Counted from the stretch's first letter, positions 9,426 to 20,592 are shown. The stretch is 64,000 nucleotides of DNA from Candidatus Nomurabacteria bacterium (GCA_040376695.1 JBEIQD010000001.1:145437-209436), one strand, 5' to 3'. Notes: generated by a model from the letters alone, not told the origin. Translations and numbers: made by a program.

Positions 9426-10307
9426 TTATAACTTCTTTTCCGCTTCAATAAACTCATCAATTTCACCTTTTTCAAGTACAGCTTCAATGTTACTCGTTTC
9501 TACATCTGTTCTGTGATCTTTTACCATCTTATACGGATGAAGAACATATGAACGAATCTGATTCCCCCATTCTATTTCCATCGTCTTACTAATTTGTCTC
9601 CCTTCAATTTCTGCTTGTCGCTCTTCTTCTTGAATCTTGTACAATTTTGCTGCTAATATTTCTAGCGCCTTTTGTCTATTACGTTCTTGTTCTCGTTCTG
9701 TTGCTACATGAACTGCGATGTTTGTAGGTAGGTGCACAATACGAACAGCGGTTTCTCGTTTGTTCACGTTCTGTCCACCGGGACCAGATGACTTAGATGT
9801 TTCGATACGAATATCTTCAGGAGGAATTGGCGCCTGTTCAACAGCCGGAATCACAGGCAGCACTTCCACCATAGCAAAAGAAGTATGGCGCTTTGCTTGC
9901 GCATTAAATGGTGAAATGCGTACGAGTCTGTGCACCCCTGATTCTTGTTTCAAATTTCCATAAGCGTTCTTTCCATCAATTTCTATTGTGAGATTACGAA
10001 ATCCTCCACGCTCGTTTTTATTGTCATGAAGAACGCTATATGAATATCCTTTTCGTTTACAATACGCGTCATACATTTCAAACAACATGCGGGCGAAATC
10101 TTCGCTATCATCTCCTCCCGCGCCAGCTAAGAGTGTGAGAATGGCGTTCCCTTTATCGAGCGCACCGACTCCATCACGCCTATCTTTTAGTTCTTTTATC
10201 TTCTTGATGGTTTCCTGGGCTTTTTCTTTATCATTCCAAAAATCAACCCCATTCATGAGGTTTTCCAGTTCAGCAATTTCTGCATCAATAAGATTATTAT
10301 TTTCCAT
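9426..10307 (-). CDS. prfB: Peptide chain release factor 2 (compact form)
   Basis: GGQ motif (SGPGGQNVNK) and SPF tripeptide (RISPFNAQAKRHTSF), diagnostic for RF2 rather than RF1. 293 aa with shortened N-terminal domain. Own promoter-like TATACT after an upstream hairpin. Confidence 0.85.
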   Translation of the reverse strand: MENNNLIDAEIAELENLMNGVDFWNDKEKAQETIKKIKELKDRRDGVGALDKGNAILTLLAGAGGDDSEDFARMLFEMYDAYCKRKGYSYSVLHDNKNERGGFRNLTIEIDGKNAYGNLKQESGVHRLVRISPFNAQAKRHTSFAMVEVLPVIPAVEQAPIPPEDIRIETSKSSGPGGQNVNKRETAVRIVHLPTNIAVHVATEREQERNRQKALEILAAKLYKIQEEERQAEIEGRQISKTMEIEWGNQIRSYVLHPYKMVKDHRTDVETSNIEAVLEKGEIDEFIEAEKKL

Positions 10308-10314
10308 TTTACTT

Positions 10315-10350
10315 AGTATAGCAAAAACAATGCCGCCTTTTGGGCGGCAT
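10315..10350 (-). terminator. Rho-independent terminator (hairpin TGCCGCC-TTTT-GGCGGCA followed by T-tract on minus strand)
   Basis: Seen directly. Sits between the 99-aa ORF and prfB. Confidence 0.5.
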
Positions 10351-10357
10351 TACAAAC

Positions 10358-10657
10358 TCATCTTTTTACGTTTATAGCAAATCCTTTTTGTGTGGTATTA
10401 AATACTGCAGTGTCTCCCGGGAGAGCTCTGTCCGTAAATCGTGTTATCTCTCTGTGGACATATCCTTCACTCACAAGAAACTTGAGATGAATCTCAATTT
10501 CTGCGATAGAAATTGGGGGTGCGATCTTGCTCAAGATTCTTGAACGAGGATATAACTGAAGATACCTTGTCCTAATTTCTTCAGCTGTCTCCTGAGTGGA
10601 CTTAACACACCGTAACACCCTGCTTGCCAAGGTATTATTACCAATAGCTTTTTGCAT
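10358..10657 (-). CDS. Hypothetical small protein (99 aa), possible winged-helix fold
   Basis: ORF immediately downstream of tRNA-Thr on the same strand and followed by a terminator. Segment IEIHLKFLVSEGYVHRE resembles a wHTH recognition wing. No firm family assignment. Confidence 0.45.
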   Translation of the reverse strand: MQKAIGNNTLASRVLRCVKSTQETAEEIRTRYLQLYPRSRILSKIAPPISIAEIEIHLKFLVSEGYVHREITRFTDRALPGDTAVFNTTQKGFAINVKR

Positions 10658-10738
10658 TGGAATCTCCTTGGTTAGTTGAACAATCGACCTTCACACTACC
10701 TAAAATAAAAGGTTTTGTCGAATTGTATTCTCTTCGTG

Positions 10739-10811
10739 AGCCAAGAGCGGGAATCGAACCCGCGACCTCTTCCTTACCATGGAAGTGCTCTACCATCTGA
10801 GCTATCTTGGC
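10739..10811 (-). tRNA. tRNA-Thr (anticodon GGT)
   Basis: Hand-folded: GCCAAGATAGCTCAGATGGTAGAGCACTTCCATGGTAAGGAAGAGGTCGCGGGTTCGATTCCCGCTCTTGGCT. Acceptor GCCAAGA/TCTTGGC, anticodon loop ATGGTAA, T-loop TTCGATT. Confidence 0.8.
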
Positions 10812-10849
10812 GTGTAATCTATAAACAAGTAGCGCCCATTCTATCAAAC

Positions 10850-11062
10850 TTACCCTACTGAAACAATCTTAGAAGGACTTGTGTGGCCAGAAACGAGTCG
10901 GACTTTCATATTTGGAAACAAGTTGCGTACAATTTCTAATACACGATTATTTGCATGATTGTTCTCAGCTGGAGCCTGCACCCAAATACGATACTCATCA
11001 TCTTTTAATTGTTCCACTTTTTCAATCTTAGAATCAGGAATAACCTTAAGCTTTAGATACAT
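10850..11062 (-). CDS. DUF167/YggU-family small protein
   Basis: 70-aa ORF overlapping trmD by 17 nt. Sequence (YRIWVQAPAENNHANNRVLE) resembles UPF0235/DUF167 proteins. Confidence 0.55.
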   Translation of the reverse strand: MYLKLKVIPDSKIEKVEQLKDDEYRIWVQAPAENNHANNRVLEIVRNLFPNMKVRLVSGHTSPSKIVSVG

Positions 11063-11741
11063 CTGTTTTTACTTTTTTACCGATGGTATTTTCTTTCTTG
11101 GCGCGGTACTCATCAATAAGCTTGTGATTTCCCGAAAGAAGAACCTTTGGTACACGATACTTCTTCTTATTGTATTCATAGATTTCTGGACGAGCATATA
11201 TTTCGTGAGACGCCATACGCTTTTCCTCTAAGGAAAGATTGTCATTAAGCACTCCTTGGATTTGTCGAGAAATAGCATCAATACAAATCATAGCAGGAAG
11301 TTCTCCACCAGTAAGCACGTATTCCCCAATACTCCACTCTTTTGCTTTCAAAATCTTTTTCACTCGCGAGTCAATTCCTTCGTAACGACCACAGATAAAA
11401 ATAATATCTGTGTATTTAGCAGCTGAGTTCTTTGCAACAGTGTTAGTAAACATATCACCACCAGCATTGAAAATAACCACAAGCACCTTAGCGGTTTTTC
11501 GACGAGCAATTTTCTTTTGAATTTTTTCTACACAGTTGATGATTGGATCAACCCACATCACCATACCAGGACCACCACCATATGGCTTACCATCAACTCG
11601 ACGATGTTTATCAGTTGTGTACTCACGAAGCGCATAGGTGTGAATCTCAATTAATTTACTTTCTACAGCACGAGAAATAATCGACTCTGCAAAATACGAG
11701 TCGAGCATGTTTGGGAAGATTGTTACCACGTGGTATCTCAT
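11046..11741 (-). CDS. trmD: tRNA (guanine37-N1)-methyltransferase TrmD
   Basis: MRYHVVTIFPNM... YGGGPGMVM SPOUT-knot motifs. Canonical rpsP-KH-trmD neighbourhood. Confidence 0.9.
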   Translation of the reverse strand: MRYHVVTIFPNMLDSYFAESIISRAVESKLIEIHTYALREYTTDKHRRVDGKPYGGGPGMVMWVDPIINCVEKIQKKIARRKTAKVLVVIFNAGGDMFTNTVAKNSAAKYTDIIFICGRYEGIDSRVKKILKAKEWSIGEYVLTGGELPAMICIDAISRQIQGVLNDNLSLEEKRMASHEIYARPEIYEYNKKKYRVPKVLLSGNHKLIDEYRAKKENTIGKKVKTDVSKA

Positions 11742-11771
11742 ACTTGACAGTATAGCATTTTATAGGTGTAA

Positions 11772-11802
11772 AGAAAAGCACCCGATCGGGTGCTTTTCTT
11801 TG
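11772..11802. terminator. Bidirectional hairpin terminator AAAAGCACCCGATCGGGTGCTTTT
   Basis: Perfect stem with A-tract and T-tract flanks, between KH-protein gene and trmD. Confidence 0.55.
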
Positions 11803-11808
11803 TATATT

Positions 11809-12126
11809 TTAGATATTCTTCAAATCATTCATTACCGCGTCCACGTCTGAGGTGTCATACCGCGGAACGTGTCCGTCAGCACGCCCTTCAGGTTCATTTA
11901 TCTTCAAGTTTACTCGAGCGTTATTCTTCATACCAACAACACGAAGCAGTGTTCGCAGTGCTTTTGCTGTAGCTCCGTCACGTCCGATAATTTTTCCCAT
12001 ATCTTCCGCTGCCACATCAAGTGTAATTAACACACCCATCTCATCCACTCTTCGTTCTACTTTTACCTCGTCTTGATTCTCTACAAGTGCCTTTACAACA
12101 TATTCAACAAATTCTTGGTCTTTCAT
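11809..12126 (-). CDS. KH-domain RNA-binding protein (KhpA/YlqC-like)
   Basis: GKIIGRDGATAKALRTLL GxxG KH motif. Located between rpsP and trmD as in many bacteria. Confidence 0.8.
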   Translation of the reverse strand: MKDQEFVEYVVKALVENQDEVKVERRVDEMGVLITLDVAAEDMGKIIGRDGATAKALRTLLRVVGMKNNARVNLKINEPEGRADGHVPRYDTSDVDAVMNDLKNI

Positions 12127-12214
12127 ATCGTGTTTGTATTTATCAATTCAGTGTACTCTTCTCCTTCTTTTTTATAGATAAGTTATGCACAGCATGCATA
12201 CCTAGTATTTTTAT

Positions 12215-12250
12215 AATAAAAAACTTGAGATTGAATCTCAAGTTTTTTAT
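12215..12250 (-). terminator. Rho-independent terminator after rpsP (AAAAAACTTGAGATTGAATCTCAAGTTTTTT)
   Basis: Seen directly. 12-bp stem plus T-tract. Confidence 0.6.
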
Positions 12251-12252
12251 TA

Positions 12253-12552
12253 TTATGCAGCCTTTGCTACTTTAACAACTGGCTTCTTCTTTGGAAGAAC
12301 GTTGATTTTCTTTCCTTCGATAACTCCCTTTGAAACGAGGAGATTGTGAACCGTTGGAGTAACCTGTGCACCAACTGACATCCAGTGCTTTACGCGGTCT
12401 CCTTTAGCTTCAAAGATACCAGCTTTAACATTATAAGTTCCAACAATCTCAGTAAATTGAGATGTTTTTGCCTTAAGGGTACTTTCTGTAACAATAAGAC
12501 GGAAATGAGGGTCGTTCTTGCGTCCTGTACGCTGTAGTCTGATTTTTAACAT
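12253..12552 (-). CDS. rpsP: 30S ribosomal protein S16
   Basis: Canonical N-terminus MLKIRLQRTGRKNDPHFRLIV. Start moved to the internal Met of the tracked ORF. Confidence 0.9.
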   Translation of the reverse strand: MLKIRLQRTGRKNDPHFRLIVTESTLKAKTSQFTEIVGTYNVKAGIFEAKGDRVKHWMSVGAQVTPTVHNLLVSKGVIEGKKINVLPKKKPVVKVAKAA

Positions 12553-12630
12553 GTTCCATATTCTACCATAAACCCCAATAAAAAACAAGAAAAGCCCTAG
12601 CGATTCCCATAAAATGGGATAGCTAGGACT

Positions 12631-12894
12631 TTACGAGAATGTGCCGTTTTTAAAAAGCGTCTTTCGAACAATGCAGGGCTGGAATTTTTGGCACGCAAAA
12701 CCCTTAAAGCCCAGAGCGAGAGTTGCGGGACAGTCACAAATGACCGACATAACAACAATCGATGGACATTTTGGGCTATCTTTAGGCCCTTTCCCTTCAG
12801 CAAAAGCTTCTGCCTCTTCCCGAAACAAGGCAATCAGGGACTCTTGTGACGGTTCTTCACCTTCAGGTACTTTAGGAATAATTACGGTGTTCAT
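12631..12894 (-). CDS. Small Cys-containing hypothetical protein (87 aa)
   Basis: Strong SD AAAGGAGG 7 nt upstream of ATG (MNTVIIPKVPEGEEP...). Five Cys in C-terminal half (CPSIVVMSVICDCP...FACQKFQPC). The opposite-strand ORF looks non-protein-like. Confidence 0.4.
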   Translation of the reverse strand: MNTVIIPKVPEGEEPSQESLIALFREEAEAFAEGKGPKDSPKCPSIVVMSVICDCPATLALGFKGFACQKFQPCIVRKTLFKNGTFS

Positions 12895-12939
12895 AATGAA
12901 CCCCTCCTTTCTAAGAACCCATTCTACCACGGAATAGAA

Positions 12940-14874
12940 CTATCGTACTAGCTCGTAATCAATCACCCGTAAATCAAGATTTGCGTTCTTTACACGCATT
13001 CGTACTGGTGTTCCAATCTTCCATTCCATTCCTGTTCGCTCTCCAAACACTCGTCCACCTTTTTGGTCAAAGTTGTAGAAATCGTCCCCCAGGTCACGCA
13101 AACGAATCATACCTTCACACTTACTTTTCTTCTCTTCTACATAAATCCCCCACTCAGACACGCCAGACACCATACCGTCGAATTCTTGCCCAATGCGGTA
13201 CGACATATACTCCACCTGCTTATACTTAATACTTCCACGTTCAGCGTCTGACGCTTCTTTTTCTCGGCGGCTAGCTTTTGCACAGAGTGAATCAAATAAT
13301 CCACGCTCTTCTTCTTTAGGATAGTCTCCTTCTAGCACTCGCATTAAGAGACGATGTGTCAGCACATCAGGATACCGACGAATTGGAGACGTAAAGTGAG
13401 AATAATAATCAAACGCTAGTCCATAGTGACCAACATTTTTTGTACTATATACCGCTTTTGCCATAGAACGAGTAATGTGAACTTGGAGCAATTGCTTCTC
13501 AGGCCTATCTGCCATTTTACGAAGAAGATCATTGAGGTCCTGTGAAGGAATGAGTCCGTCTATAAAGCGAACATGGAACCCGAGACCACGAATATACAAA
13601 TCAAGATCGTGCATCTTATCAGGGTCTGGTTTATCGTGAATACGGTACACGCAAATTGATCGGCCGTTTTTCTCCTCTTGTTTTTCGGTAATAAACTTAC
13701 TTACATATTTGTTAGCTAAAAGCATGTACTCCTCAATCAACTTGTGAGTATCTCCACGAGACTTAACATACACATCAATTGGCACACCCTTTTCATCTAA
13801 CTTAAATTTAACCTCTTCAGTTTCAAGAGAAAGCGCCCCACCTTCAAAACGTGCTTTTGTTAAATTCTTTGCAATCTTATTTAAAATAGTAAGCTCTTCG
13901 TAGAAATCTCCTGTTCCTGTGTCGAGGGTAACTTGCGCGTCCTCGTATGAATATCTTCGATGAGAGTTAATGAGAGATCGCCCAAACCATTCTCCATGAA
14001 CTTTTCCTTCATCATCAAGTTCAAGCACCGCAGACATTACAAGGCGGTCTTCACCCTGCACAAGAGAACATAAATCGTTTGAAAGCACCTCTGGAAGCAT
14101 AGGAATCACACGGTCAACGAGGTACACAGATGTCTCGCGAGCTATTCCTTCCTCATCAAGTGCCATTCCTGGGCGGACATAGTACGAAACGTCAGCAATA
14201 TGAATACCAACCTCGTAGTGACCATTATCAAGCTTCTTAAATGAAATAGCGTCGTCAAAGTCTTTAGCGTCGATTGGGTCGATGGTGAACGTTGGTGTCG
14301 TTCTGAAATCTCTTCGATTAGCTTTATCTTCTTCCGTAATTCCTCGCGCTTTTATTTCATTAGCTTCTTTGTTTACTGCATCATTATGTTCAGCACTAAA
14401 ACCACGTTCAAGTGCGTACGCAAGCATTTCCGCATTGTTGTCTCCTGGATATCCAAGTACATTCGTCACACGCCCTACCGGAGACTTCTTTTGATCACTC
14501 CACTCATCAATGGTTGCGATTACTTTCATACCAACCTCAGCACCATTAAGATCATCCTTGTTGATCATGATGTCGGTGTACATTTTCTTGTCCTGGGGAA
14601 CAAGAAAATAATGTCCTGCATCTTCTTCTATGATACCAGCGTACCCTTTACGTCCACGCTCGATAATAGAGAGTACTTTTCCGTATAGTTCTTGTTCGCC
14701 TTTTATGTTCTGCTTTTTACCGAGTAGTTCCACTTGAACAATATCTTGGTGGAGTGCTGTATTAAGATGGCTGTGGTCAACAAAAATCGCACCATCATGC
14801 TCAAGCTCTGTAACCCGTACATATCCATCTTTCTTAGAAGTGAGGCTAACTGCCCCTGTAAACACACGTTCCAT
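12940..14874 (-). CDS. rnr: Ribonuclease R / RNase II family 3'-5' exoribonuclease
   Basis: RNB catalytic domain motifs (IDPIDAKDFDDAISF, HYGLAFDYYSHFTSPIRRYPD) and C-terminal S1 domain. Confidence 0.9.
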   Translation of the reverse strand: MERVFTGAVSLTSKKDGYVRVTELEHDGAIFVDHSHLNTALHQDIVQVELLGKKQNIKGEQELYGKVLSIIERGRKGYAGIIEEDAGHYFLVPQDKKMYTDIMINKDDLNGAEVGMKVIATIDEWSDQKKSPVGRVTNVLGYPGDNNAEMLAYALERGFSAEHNDAVNKEANEIKARGITEEDKANRRDFRTTPTFTIDPIDAKDFDDAISFKKLDNGHYEVGIHIADVSYYVRPGMALDEEGIARETSVYLVDRVIPMLPEVLSNDLCSLVQGEDRLVMSAVLELDDEGKVHGEWFGRSLINSHRRYSYEDAQVTLDTGTGDFYEELTILNKIAKNLTKARFEGGALSLETEEVKFKLDEKGVPIDVYVKSRGDTHKLIEEYMLLANKYVSKFITEKQEEKNGRSICVYRIHDKPDPDKMHDLDLYIRGLGFHVRFIDGLIPSQDLNDLLRKMADRPEKQLLQVHITRSMAKAVYSTKNVGHYGLAFDYYSHFTSPIRRYPDVLTHRLLMRVLEGDYPKEEERGLFDSLCAKASRREKEASDAERGSIKYKQVEYMSYRIGQEFDGMVSGVSEWGIYVEEKKSKCEGMIRLRDLGDDFYNFDQKGGRVFGERTGMEWKIGTPVRMRVKNANLDLRVIDYELVR

Positions 14875-14899
14875 ATATCCTGTAACTATAGCATAAAAC

Positions 14900-17128
14900 T
14901 TACTTACTGTAATTCTCCGCTTCTTTAAAATTAATTGAAAGCAATTTACTTCCTCCGTCTACTCCGATTGTTACGCCGTACAACATGTCGCAGTGATTCA
15001 TGGTTTCTCGATTGTGCGTAATCACGAGCAATTTACTCTTTTCAGCTAATCGTTTGAGCATAACTCCGTATTTGCGAGCGTTTGATTCATCTAGCGGCGC
15101 ATCTGTTTCGTCGAGCACCATAAATGGAGGCGGAGTAATTGAAGACATCGCAAATAAAAGTGCAATTGAAACAAGGGCACGCTCTCCACCCGAGAACATA
15201 GTTATTTCTTTTACCTTTTTGTTTGGGAGCGAGACATCGATATCTATTCCCTGTTCAGTTATCTGATTTCCTTCATCGTCTATTTTTGTGAGTTGTAAAA
15301 GTACAAGCTTTCCTTTTCCTCCCACGAATACCTCTCCAAAAAATTCACTGAATACCTTAGAAACTTCTTCCACCCCTTTTGAAAAACGTTCTTCGAGGGA
15401 CGTTGTGAGTTCATCAATAAGCGTGAGCAGCTTTTCTTCACTGTCTTTAATATCAGTAAGCTCTCGAGCGAGATATTCATCACGTTCACGAGTTGAAGCA
15501 TATTCTGCAATAACTTCTTCACGATTCGGAACACCCGCTTCTTCAATGCGAAGTTTGCAGCGTTCAATAGCACGCAAGATGTCTGGTTTTGGAGTATCAC
15601 GAAACCGTTCGTCAGGAGTATGATTTTTATATTCCAACACAACACGCCCCACAATAAGCACGCCTTCTTCTCGCAGCGCCTCAAAGTGTTGCTTACGAAG
15701 TGAAAACTCTCCTTCTTCTTGTCTTCGTAACGCAATAGTACTTTCAAGTTCACGCAACTTACTCTGTAGTGTCATTACTTTCTTTTCCTCTTCATGACGA
15801 GACTGAAGAGACGTTTGAGCGTGAACATCAATTGCGTCAATTTTCTCTTGAAGAGTCACAACATCTCTAGAGAGAGTCTGTTCTTTCTGTTCATGTTCTG
15901 TAATCGCCTGCGACACTGTTTCAATATCACGCTTCAAGGATTCCTTTTTATTCGTATCTCCTTTGTCTTGCACTCCAAAAAATTCACCCACTTCATGTTT
16001 AAGTCCATGCGCATGCATCGTTGCCTTTTGAATATCAGAAGAATTAAGGGCAGATTCAAGGGAATCAATTTCATGAGAAAAAAGAGTTTGGGCACTAGTC
16101 CATTTTTCGTGACTCAAAGTGACAGCCTTACCTTCTACATCTCTTGAGAATTCTTTTTCTAAATATGCTTTTTCCGCTTCAAGCCTACCGAGCGTTTTTG
16201 TTACTTGATCACGACGCTCTAAGAGTCCGCGCATTTCTGTTTGGAGTGTGTGCTTTTCAGATGTAGAGGTTACCTGCGTTGTAGAAGTGCTATCTTTAAG
16301 TACACGTAACTCTTTTTGAATAGAATCAGTGATGAGAATAAGAGAAGCGGAAGAACCCTCTTCACGTATGCGCTCATCTAACGCTTGTAACTCATTTTCT
16401 TCACGAGTTAAATATGCAATGAGAAGTGTATGCAATTTATTTCGCTCTTCACTTGCTGCTTCAATTTTATCAACCTGTCGCTTCAGGTGATCAAGATGTG
16501 GCTTAATTTCTTTACGTAGCAACTCAACTTCATGTACATGTGTTTTAACACGCTCAAGTTTACGCTTACTTTCGTTTAAGCGCATATGATACATACGCAA
16601 CCCAAGAGCATCTTCTAATGCTTCTTTTCTATCTCGAGGGTTCGCTAATAAAATTCTATCTGCTTCACCTTGATTAATAATCGTATGAGCACTTCCTCCA
16701 ATACCAGCAAACGACAATAGCTCCTGTACATCCTTTAAACGGATTTTTGCATCATTGAGCATATAATCACTCGTACCATCAGCAAAAATAACGCGAGATA
16801 ATGTAAGTTCGTCGTATACCAAATAAGGAGCAAGTGTTTCTGAAGCATGTGCCACATCTCCTTTGTCTTTGTTATCAATCACCATCATCACTGAAGCACG
16901 TGAAAGTGGAGACAAATGTTCTGAACCTTTAAATATAACGTCCGCTCCAATTTTCCCACGCATAGATTTCATCGATTGCTCTCCTAGAACGAAACGAATT
17001 GCTTCTGCGATGTTTGATTTACCAGAACCGTTTGGACCAACAACACCCGTTACCTGATGAGTAACATCAAGTGTTGTTTTTTTAGCGAAGGACTTAAACC
17101 CTTGGATAGTAATGTGCGACAAACGCAT
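14900..17128 (-). CDS. smc: Chromosome segregation SMC-like ATPase (short, ~742 aa)
   Basis: N-terminal Walker A GPNGSGKSNI. C-terminal signature LSGGERALVSIALLFA and Walker B MVLDETDAPLD. Long coiled-coil. Start placed at MRLSHITIQGFKSF. Confidence 0.8.
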   Translation of the reverse strand: MRLSHITIQGFKSFAKKTTLDVTHQVTGVVGPNGSGKSNIAEAIRFVLGEQSMKSMRGKIGADVIFKGSEHLSPLSRASVMMVIDNKDKGDVAHASETLAPYLVYDELTLSRVIFADGTSDYMLNDAKIRLKDVQELLSFAGIGGSAHTIINQGEADRILLANPRDRKEALEDALGLRMYHMRLNESKRKLERVKTHVHEVELLRKEIKPHLDHLKRQVDKIEAASEERNKLHTLLIAYLTREENELQALDERIREEGSSASLILITDSIQKELRVLKDSTSTTQVTSTSEKHTLQTEMRGLLERRDQVTKTLGRLEAEKAYLEKEFSRDVEGKAVTLSHEKWTSAQTLFSHEIDSLESALNSSDIQKATMHAHGLKHEVGEFFGVQDKGDTNKKESLKRDIETVSQAITEHEQKEQTLSRDVVTLQEKIDAIDVHAQTSLQSRHEEEKKVMTLQSKLRELESTIALRRQEEGEFSLRKQHFEALREEGVLIVGRVVLEYKNHTPDERFRDTPKPDILRAIERCKLRIEEAGVPNREEVIAEYASTRERDEYLARELTDIKDSEEKLLTLIDELTTSLEERFSKGVEEVSKVFSEFFGEVFVGGKGKLVLLQLTKIDDEGNQITEQGIDIDVSLPNKKVKEITMFSGGERALVSIALLFAMSSITPPPFMVLDETDAPLDESNARKYGVMLKRLAEKSKLLVITHNRETMNHCDMLYGVTIGVDGGSKLLSINFKEAENYSK

Positions 17129-17150
17129 AGTATAAAAAGTGTAACACAAT

Positions 17151-17182
17151 AAAAAAGACCAGCCTGTGGGCTAGTCTTTTTG
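17151..17182 (-). terminator. Hairpin terminator AGACCAGCC-TGTG-GGCTAGTCT with flanking A/T tracts
   Basis: Seen directly. On the minus strand it follows the structured SRP-RNA-like element. Confidence 0.5.
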
Positions 17183-17214
17183 TGGCATGTTCTGTGAACC
17201 TTCTCAGGAAACCC

Positions 17215-17300
17215 ACCTTCTTTTTCGGACCAAGTCTTTGCGTTTCCGCTGCTCCGCCAAGCGGACTGACTTGGGGCGCGTTGGTCCACGGTAGTTGGGC
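17215..17300 (-). ncRNA. Candidate small SRP RNA (4.5S/ffs-like)
   Basis: GC-rich structured 250-nt intergenic region. Minus-strand RNA ...GGACCAACGCGCCCCAAGUCAGUCCGCUUGGCGGAGCAGCGGAAACGCAAAGACUUGGUCC... Closing helix GGACCAA/UUGGUCC. Apical hairpin UCCGC-UUG-GCGGA flanked by GUCAG and GAGCAGC, resembling the helix-8 motif (GGUCAGGUCCGGAAGGAAGCAGCC) of bacterial SRP RNA. Followed by a terminator. Confidence 0.4.
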
Positions 17301-17408
17301 TTCGGAGGGATAAAAAGTCCGCCGTTTTCAATTTGAGTTGCTTTCACGAATACTCCTTACAGTTGAACAATCGCTTTCTAATCTACCACAAAACAATTTT
17401 AGAGTACA

Positions 17409-17876
17409 TTACCAGTGTCTAATCACACGTTTACATACTCTAACGACAAAAGAAGCAATAATAAAACCGAGAACTGCCCCACCGACAATGTCATACCAAT
17501 AGTGAACCCCCGCAAGCGCACGTCCGATTCCTGTGAGAATAGCTAACACTAACAAAACTATTCCTGCTTTCTTATCAAATGAATACATCGTAGCAGCTAA
17601 AGCAAACATGAAGGCCGCATGCCCTGAAGGAAATCCGTAGCTATTAATATCTTGAGGTAAGAACAATGCTTTCGTTAAATCAGGACGAGGAAACATGAGA
17701 GCATTTTTAATAAGTGTGGCAGCATGCCAAGAAACAAAGGGAATAAGCGACAGCATAATGATGTGTCTCACGTGATGTTTCTTTTCGTGGCGAGTAAGTA
17801 CTCTGTGTGCCGCAAAAATAGCAGCAACGAAAATAAGTATGACCGCACAGAAGAGAATAAGCATATCCATGCACAT
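17409..17876 (-). CDS. PAP2-family phosphatase (undecaprenyl-diphosphatase BcrC/PgpB-like)
   Basis: PAP2 motifs KxxxxxxRP (KNALMFPRPD), PSGH (FPSGHAAFMFALAA) and SRxxxxxHxxxD-like GRALAGVHYWYD. Multi-TM. Confidence 0.8.
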   Translation of the reverse strand: MCMDMLILFCAVILIFVAAIFAAHRVLTRHEKKHHVRHIIMLSLIPFVSWHAATLIKNALMFPRPDLTKALFLPQDINSYGFPSGHAAFMFALAATMYSFDKKAGIVLLVLAILTGIGRALAGVHYWYDIVGGAVLGFIIASFVVRVCKRVIRHW

Positions 17877-17911
17877 ATTTTAGCACGCGGTGAATATGTT
17901 ATGATTTACAC

Positions 17912-18691
17912 ATGACTATACTACAGGCTCTTATTCTTGGAATCATTGAAGGACTTGCTGAGTTTTTACCCATCTCCTCAACTGGACACCTCATTCTCGC
18001 GTCTCACTTTCTTAAAATACCTCAAACTGATTTCCTTATTGCTTTTGAAATCGCAATACAGCTTGGTGCCATCTTGGCGGTGCTCTACATGTTCTGGAAA
18101 AGAATCTTTACTGTATCGATGATTAAACGCTTGATTATTGGATTCATTCCAACAGGAATAGCAGGTTTTATTATTTATCCATACATCAAACCACTTCTTA
18201 CTAATCCTCTCCTGGTTGGCATCACTCTCTTTATCGGAGGAATCATTATTCTCTTTGTGGAGCACATGTATTTAAAGTGGACCGAGGAAGGTATCGTGGA
18301 GCTGCGTCACGAGATATCTATGAAGGAAGCATTCCTTCTTGGAATGTATCAAATTGTAGCAATCATTCCTGGTGTGTCTCGTTCAGGGTCCGTCATTATA
18401 GGAGGACTCCTTATGAAACTAGATAGAAAAATCCTGACTGAATTTACATTCCTTCTAGCTGTTCCAACTATGGCAGCCGCAACACTCTATTCTTTTTATA
18501 AAAATATGGATGTTGTACTTCATGCAGCGAACCTCACACCTTTACTTGTTGGAATGCTCTCGTCATTTGTTGTTGCTACCTTTGTTATCAAACTGTTCCT
18601 TGATTACATTAAAAAACACACATTTATTGTGTTTGGCTTCTACAGAATCATTATAGGTATTATTGCCTTCTTTATCTTTCTCCCTCGATAA
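17912..18691 (+). CDS. uppP: Undecaprenyl-diphosphatase UppP/BacA
   Basis: N-terminal ALILGIIEGLAEFLPISSTGHL and later SRSGSVIIGGLL motifs characteristic of BacA. Confidence 0.9.
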   Translation: MTILQALILGIIEGLAEFLPISSTGHLILASHFLKIPQTDFLIAFEIAIQLGAILAVLYMFWKRIFTVSMIKRLIIGFIPTGIAGFIIYPYIKPLLTNPLLVGITLFIGGIIILFVEHMYLKWTEEGIVELRHEISMKEAFLLGMYQIVAIIPGVSRSGSVIIGGLLMKLDRKILTEFTFLLAVPTMAAATLYSFYKNMDVVLHAANLTPLLVGMLSSFVVATFVIKLFLDYIKKHTFIVFGFYRIIIGIIAFFIFLPR

Positions 18692-18700
18692 ACAAAATAC

Positions 18701-20573
<1,873 letters not shown>

Positions 20574-20592
20574 CTAGTGCATTATTTTGATT

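Noticed and set aside
9426-10357. Programmed +1 frameshift site in prfB (CUU UGA C)
   Set aside because: RF2 ORF is continuous from its ATG. The upstream region is a terminator hairpin and promoter, not an out-of-frame leader ORF.
10638-10847. 69-aa ORF on minus strand
   Set aside because: Completely overlaps tRNA-Thr(GGT). The AQMVEHFHG...AGSIPALGS peptide is the classic spurious translation of a tRNA gene.
12641-12937. 98-aa plus-strand ORF opposite the small Cys-rich gene
   Set aside because: No ribosome-binding site. Ser/Ala/Pro-rich, junk-like. The minus-strand ORF has a perfect Shine-Dalgarno.
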